This document shows positions 38,544 through 45,017 of a stretch of DNA of 45,017 nt, in pieces. This DNA is from Octopus bimaculoides (Eukaryota): NCBI RefSeq assembly GCF_001194135.2, contig NC_068999.1:52902502-52947518 (forward strand), given 5' to 3'. The first letter of the stretch is position 1. Each line of letters opens with the position of its first letter. A program made the translations under genes and the position numbers. Below the pieces are notes generated by a model, which did no database searches, was not told the DNA's origin, and was given only the letters and a program-made list of their open reading frames with translations.

Positions 38544-38890
38544 AGTCACGGTTAGTTGAACACTTTCACAGGTATATGAAGATAGTCAAAGCTTTATGAA
38601 TATGATCACACTTATATGAACACAACCATGGGCATATGAACACATTCGTGGCCATATGAACACAGACATGGTCATATGAACACAGTCACGGTTATATGAA
38701 CACAGCCATGGATTTATGAATATAGTCATGGGTACATAAATGAAGTCACAGCTATCTGAACAATTCTATGGCTATTTGAATATGTAGCAATAGCTATATG
38801 AATACATTTTTATAGTCACAGCTATATAAAACCTGTTATAGTTATATGGAGACAGTCATGGCTATATAAACTCAGATATGGCTATATAAT
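38544..38890. repeat. Degenerate 20-bp minisatellite (consensus about TATATGAACACAGTCATGGC), about 16-17 units
   Basis: (C/T)ATATGAA recurs at 20-bp steps, for example 38653, 38673 and 38693. Confidence 0.9.
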
Positions 38891-40005
38891 ATCAAAATAA
38901 CACACTTCTACCATTGGTCCATGTCTTTCATGTGAGATTCAGTGAAATAAGCCAGAGAAATACTTGTGGGAAAAATTGATGTGAAACACGGAATTCAGGT
39001 TTACTGTGAGACCGCAATGTTTTCCATAATATTTTTTTGCTACTGGTAAGACGTATCTCCAGTTCTCTACGAATGTTATTCCGAATTCTCGGGTTCTTTT
39101 GAAGTAGAATTCTAAACTACTCCCAGCTCTCTCTCTCTCTCTCGCTTTCAGTCTCCCGATCTCACTCGCTCTCTGTTTCTTTGCTTCTCTTCAATACTAA
39201 TCCCTTTGGAAAAAAATTAGTAATCCAATCTCTTGTTGCACTATATCTCCAAAGAGTTGTCTAGATGTTGACTTCACCCAACACACACACACACAAATTC
39301 CGTTTACATATAGTTTGGTAGGTGGGTAAAGATTCTAAAACATATCGTTCCCAGACGAAGAGGAAAGAAAGACGAAAGCAAGAAAGAAAAGGGGTAAATT
39401 TGAATTTGTTCGACAATATTTTGTCATGTTCCAAATTTCACCCCAGGATAACCTTTGTACTGGAGAGCAGATGGCGGGGAACATCTTTGATGGTTTCCGA
39501 TATATTTATTCCCAGTGGGACGTCCACAGAAGTTTGGAGGGATTTGTGTGTGTGTGATATACATATACACGTATATATGTATGCATGTATGTATGTATGT
39601 ATGTATGTATGTATGTATGTATGTATGTATGTATCTATGCATAAGTGCGTGTGCGTGAATGTGTATGTGTGTGTGTGTGTGTATTTAAATTTTCCTCTCT
39701 AAATTCTGCGAAAGATATTGATAAAGAAGAAATTTCTTCTAAAAAGCAAAATCCTTGCAACACTAAATGAACCACACGCACACGCACACACACTCGCACA
39801 CGCACTCACTAACACACGCACACACGCACACGCAGGCGCGATTGGACGTACACACACATATACGCGCACGTACGCCCACACATGCATACACACACAGCCT
39901 CGCTTATTAAATCTCTTTCCATCCCTCTATTCATATCTCGCTGTTTACCTCTCTACCACTCTTTTTCTGCCATTCGTACATATGTGCATACATATGTGTG
40001 TGTGT

Positions 40006-40062
<57 letters not shown>

Positions 40063-40420
40063 GGAGAACGGGAGAAGATCTGTATACAGATACATACATG
40101 CATATATATATATCTATATATATACACACATATATATGTATGTATGCATGTATGTATGCATATATATATATATGTTATGCGTGTGTGTGTATGCATGCAT
40201 GCATATGCATATAGCTGTGTGAGTGTGGGGTGCTATGGTTGTGTACGTATGTGTATTTGCGACTGTTTTTTCTTTGATCAAATACCCATCCCTCTCAACA
40301 GAATCCTGAGGCGGAGTCTTAGTGGCGCAGTGTGTCACAAAGGTGTCTCTTCCATCACAAATATAACGCAATGAAAGTCTTCCTAACATTTTCCATTCCC
40401 CCACTTCTACTGAAGAAGAC

Positions 40421-40525
40421 TCTGGTCTACCCGAAGTTATGAGAAGGACACTTGCCCAAAGTGCCACACGGTAGAACGAAACCCAGGATCTTGTTATTTA
40501 TTATGAAGCGAACTTCTTAGCCGTT
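40421..40525 (-). mobile_element. Old SINE family A head remnant
   Basis: GGACACTTGCCCAAAGTGCCACACGGTAGAACGAAACCCAGGA is a diverged reverse complement of the family A head. Confidence 0.65.
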
Positions 40526-40563
40526 CCTCTATGACTGCGACACACGTAACTGATACTCCGTCG

Positions 40564-40865
40564 GTTATGACGACGAGCGTTTCAGTTGAATCGAACAACA
40601 GAAGAGCCAGGCCGTGAAATTTACGTGCAAGTGACTGAGTGCTCCATAGACACGCGTACCTTTAACGTAGTTGTCGGGGCAATTCAGTGTAACAAAAATG
40701 CGACAAGGCCGTCCCTTTGAATTACAGGTACAACTCATTTCTGCCAGGTAAGTGGACTGGAGCAACGAGAAATAAAATGTCTTGCTCAAGAACGCACGCC
40801 GGGAACCGAACTGACGACCTTACGGTCGTGAGCCAAGTACTCTAAGCACTAAGCCACGCTCCTCC
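40564..40865 (-). mobile_element. tRNA-derived SINE family E with head
   Basis: The minus strand begins GGAGGAGCGTGGCTTAGTGCTTAGAG...GTCAGTTCGGTTCCC (A and B boxes), followed by TTCTTGAGCAAGACATTTTAT. The body matches 11982-12145. Confidence 0.8.
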
Positions 40866-41231
40866 ATGTGATATACACAATCACGCATGATAAGCCAACA
40901 CACTTAGATAGACATGTACACATACACTTACAGATACAAACATACACCGAAAGACACGCACACCAAGCACATCCGTACTTACGACCACACACACATACAC
41001 TCACTAACACATGCACCCACACATGCACCTACACATTCACACTTACATGCACACGTATATACGCATTCACAAATATACACATACGCAGACACAGACATAA
41101 ACATACAGCTATACTTATGCCAACGTATATAGCCATTCACAGACAGAAACAAACTAGGTACATACTTATAACCACACGTACTCACACACATATACATACA
41201 CACTCACTTACGCACACATACATAGACGCAC

Positions 41232-41276
<45 letters not shown>

Positions 41277-42704
41277 ATGGGAGAGAGAAATAAGCATATA
41301 CGCGTACACCAAACATGAATATAATTATACGTGATCACATACACGCACATACATATACACACACACACGTAAAAGCACATATACAAGCACAGTCATACAC
41401 ATACACCCTGACAGGAATGAACACACCCACACACTGACACACCCACACACACACACACACACACACCAATGCGAACCTACACATACGCTATTGTACAAAG
41501 ACAATGGTCGGTGTCTATCAAAATACGTAATGGAGTCTGAAGTAGGAAATAAAAAAGATAAAACAAAACAACCATAAATAAAAGATGAAATAATGGCAAC
41601 AAATAATAACGAAATAATTGATTGAATAAATGAAATGTAAGTCTGGGTGAACAGAATATAATGAAAAAAACAAGACGAAGAATAACGAAAGTATGAAGTG
41701 GTGGCTGTGTATGCGAGCAAGACATTGACCGGATACGGTATCAAAATTGACCTACAAGATATGATGTAGAAAAGACAATGCTAAAGCAAGTGACTACTTG
41801 AACTGGGGTATTATAATGGAAGCTCTTTACTGGGTCGCTCGAACTGCAAGAAATAGCAATCAAATTTCACTCAGATTCATGTCTTACAACCTTTCAAAAT
41901 TCATTAGAAACTTTTGTGTTCTGTGGTTGTCCGATCTGCAAGAAAATTACCTGCAAGTATCCGTTAAATCAGACCCTAGAGGTGAAATAACCATCTGAAA
42001 TGCGTTGCTCTATGCAGAAACTGGAGGAGCTGTTCAGAGATATTGTGAGCTCTTCACCTGAATCCATCATAATGTCGGAAACCCTTCTGTATCATCAAAG
42101 GCTTCGCAGAGACACAAGCTTTTCGCCCCTTAAGCTCTATACTTTGCCTGAGTAGAGCAGCAAAGTCTTGAATTAGTCTTCGCCTCCGGAAGGATTTCAC
42201 CTGCAGCCGCTTGTCAGGGTTGGTCTGCCATACCTATCTTCTTGGTGGTTTTCTTCAGTTGCCTGGAAGCCGACTTCAATATATTGATATTTGCTTCATC
42301 AATGCAATGCCTTGCGATCATCTGATGTTTTAGAAACAGTTGGCCTATACGTCTCTCATATCACGCCATAATGTCTTATCCAAGCTAGAACATATCGGAG
42401 ACAACCTCTACGTTCTCGTTTGATTTTCTAGAAATAACAACCAGATCTCCTTCATATCAGACCTTAGTGTCTTAAATAAAACAGTGTATACTGGAGGCCT
42501 CAATGATGTTTCTTGACCTTCTAAAGATAGCTGCCAGATCTCCTTTATATCATACCATGTAGTGCCTTAACAAAGGCAGAAGATATTGAATTATGTAGTC
42601 CTACATATAGTGAGTTTGGCAAAAATGAAAGAGGGGAAGAAGACAAAACGAAAGAAAGAAATAAAGAAAAGATGTTATAATCACGAATGAAACCTCTATG
42701 ACAT

Positions 42705-42752
42705 AACAGGTCAGCTGGGTCAAGGCTGACCTGGGGATAAACAGTAATAATC
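42705..42752 (+). repeat. Family C 3' tail with a 9-bp stem-loop
   Basis: CAGGTCAGC-TGGGTCAAG-GCTGACCTG followed by GGGATAAACAGTAATAAT. Confidence 0.55.
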
Positions 42753-43368
42753 ATCTGGTTGGGGTTATTGCTGAAACTTTTAAGAGCACCGTGATAGGTC
42801 GATAGGGGATTTCATCTTTGATCACTAGTAGCAAAATTGTTAGATAATCATTAGCCACTTAGAACTCTTCAAGTAAATGCCATCAGGCTTTCGTTTCGAA
42901 TGCGATTCCATTTCGGCAGTATTTCTATAATTTCTCTACAAAAATAACCAAAATGTTCCGCCATATCCTTTTCAATTTAGTGACTGCTGATCTGTCGTCA
43001 ACACTAAGACTCAACCTAAAAAAAGCTAAGTCGTGTAAAACAGATCGTTTTACTAAACCTTGTCAAAACATCTCAAGCTTTCTCGTTGTTTTTCCTTCAT
43101 TTTCGTGTTCTTCCTGTTTCCTTTCTGCTGTTACGGCTGCTGCAGATAATCTGACAGCCATCGTATTAACAGCCGGGTCGCATAATTTAATAGAATGCTG
43201 TTTTGATTGCAATTTTTGATACAAATTGACAAAATTCGTTTCATGTCAAACACTATTGCTTCTGTTTGTTTTTGTGTAGAAATTCGATGATTAAACAGAA
43301 CTTTGTACCTGTTCTTCATAAGCCTTCCTGTTCTGATTATTAATATTACGCATTGTCGATTCGTCAGT

Positions 43369-43379
43369 AACATGGCGGC
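43369..43379 (+). promoter_or_regulatory. YY1-type motif AACATGGCGGC containing an ATG
   Basis: Matches the YY1 consensus (reverse complement GCCGCCATGTT) in unique sequence with several CpGs nearby. Confidence 0.25.
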
Positions 43380-43549
43380 AGTCTATTTTACTCCTGATTG
43401 CATCATATTTAGGTTTCGATACTTATTGTTAATTGTTGCTTATGATTTCTTCTAATCCTCTAACCTTTATTTTCTTCGGTGCATTTTCACCATTTATACT
43501 AGCACTATAAACGTATTTATAACTCGTAAAAACAACTAGGGTTTTGAGA

Positions 43550-43570
43550 TACAGTAACACCTCGATTAAC
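43550..43570 (+). mobile_element. Solo Tigger/pogo-like TIR
   Basis: TA+CAGTAACACCTCGATTAAC resembles the pogo/Tigger TIR pattern CAGT..AACCTCG.TTA. No partner TIR was found. Confidence 0.35.
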
Positions 43571-44357
43571 TTGGCTTCAACGGAAATCGGAATCGCAGAG
43601 CTTAGCTCGAAACGTAAAACACCCTTTCTTTCCATCTCTGAGCGTCTTATTAATACTTTACATATACATACATACATACATACATACATACATACATACA
43701 TACGTACATGTGTGTGTGTGTGTGTGTGTTCAAATTCACACACACATATTGATAAAGTACAGCAAACATGGTAATTTAAGTTTTGTAAAACATACACGGG
43801 TTTCGGTAAATTAATTGCCAGGATTATATAATTTCTTGTTTAAAAACTATACAATGTTATTAAATTCCTCTTCGGTGTTTAGCATGAAAACACGAAGAAA
43901 ATTATTACGTGCCCAGTATATATTCCCCTTATACAAATTATCAACAAAGTCACTTGTAACATATATATATATATATATTATTATCTTTATTCCTACCTCA
44001 GTTCATGTAATTGTATATATCTATCGTTACTTTTCATAAAAAGCCTTTATTTTTTTTATTTTCAATGTGCATTTTCGCTTATTTTTCTGCTTACTTTCCC
44101 CTTATATTTCCACGTGTAGTTTCTATTTTGTTTTTATAACATTTCTCTACTATATATATATATATATATATATACACGTATATAATGTACGCCATGCAAC
44201 AAAGAATAACACAAATAAAACATCTGAACGTGTAAACTCGAAGACCCGGGTATTCAAATACATAGTAACCTAGGTTCTCCTGCTTGTATACTTGCGGGTG
44301 CATGTGCATGCCCACGCGTGTGTGTGTATGCGTGTATGTGTGTGTGTACGTAGTGTA

Positions 44358-44398
<41 letters not shown>

Positions 44399-44498
44399 CT
44401 GAGAGGGAGAATGTATAAGTGAATCAGGCTTGTGTATTTCTCAGACAAGAAGAACAATAGTTTGAGATTTGAGAGTGATTTGACTGTTATGGCACATT

Positions 44499-44543
44499 AT
44501 TGCTGTTTAGCCCCAGGTCAGCCTTAATTGCTCTGACCTATGA
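44499..44543 (-). repeat. Family C 3' tail
   Basis: The reverse complement is ATCATAGGTCAGAGCAATTAAGGCTGACCTGGGGCTAAACAGCAAT, matching 42705-42752. Confidence 0.55.
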
Positions 44544-45017
44544 TACTTCTTTCTTTCTAAATTTTATTCTCTGTCTTTTCGTCTTTCTCTTCTTTTTGTT
44601 TTTCTTTGTTTCCTTCTTTCTTTCTTTCTTTCTTTCTCTCTCTCTTCTCTCACAACACTTGAAATGACAATCCCGCGTTCGCTTGACCTTTGGTTTAGTT
44701 AAAATGGCGAGGAACATCAAGAGGTTGAAGATGGTAATAATGATGATGATGAAGATGGTGACGATGGCGGTGGTGGTTGTGGTGCTATTGGTATGTCGAT
44801 AGTGGTGGTGTGACGGTGGTGGTGTGACGGTGGTGGTGCCGGTGGTGGTGATAGTGGTGCTTGCAGTGGTAACGGTAGCGGGTGACGATGGTGGTGCAAA
44901 TGACGGACGAGTGTACGTAACCAATGTGGCGTTAACAATAGCGATAATAGTACTGAAAGCACCAGCAGAGGAATTTGTCGCGGTGGTACTGGCGAGGGTG
45001 GTGGTGGTGGTGGTGGT

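Noticed and set aside
38544-38890. CRISPR-like periodicity
   Set aside because: The period is only 20 bp, there are no distinct spacers or cas genes, and the context is eukaryotic.

Overview
This is AT-rich eukaryotic non-coding DNA, extremely rich in microsatellites, with 11 N-gaps, most of them flanked by (TA)n. The repeat content suggests an octopus genome; this is an inference from memory, not a database match. There is no intact, recognisable protein-coding gene, rRNA, tRNA gene or CRISPR array, and most ORFs in the track are translated microsatellites. The window mainly holds transposable-element remnants: (1) about 20 full or partial copies of 3-4 SINE-like families; (2) decayed fragments of a Tigger/pogo transposase, two RTE LINEs, a CR1/L2/Jockey-type reverse transcriptase, a Penelope-like GIY-YIG endonuclease and a GTF2IRD2/Charlie-like hAT transposase; (3) a 429-bp non-autonomous hAT element, with TIRs and an 8-bp TSD, nested inside a SINE. 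Signals not explained by these elements are a 95-nt near-perfect hairpin (25467-25561), a few possible short plus-strand exons (best: 8782-8883), a perfect RFX X-box, YY1-like motifs and a 20-bp minisatellite. I found no clear evidence of a new multi-component biological system. The findings are leads to test. TE boundaries are approximate, and all alignments and translations were done by eye.
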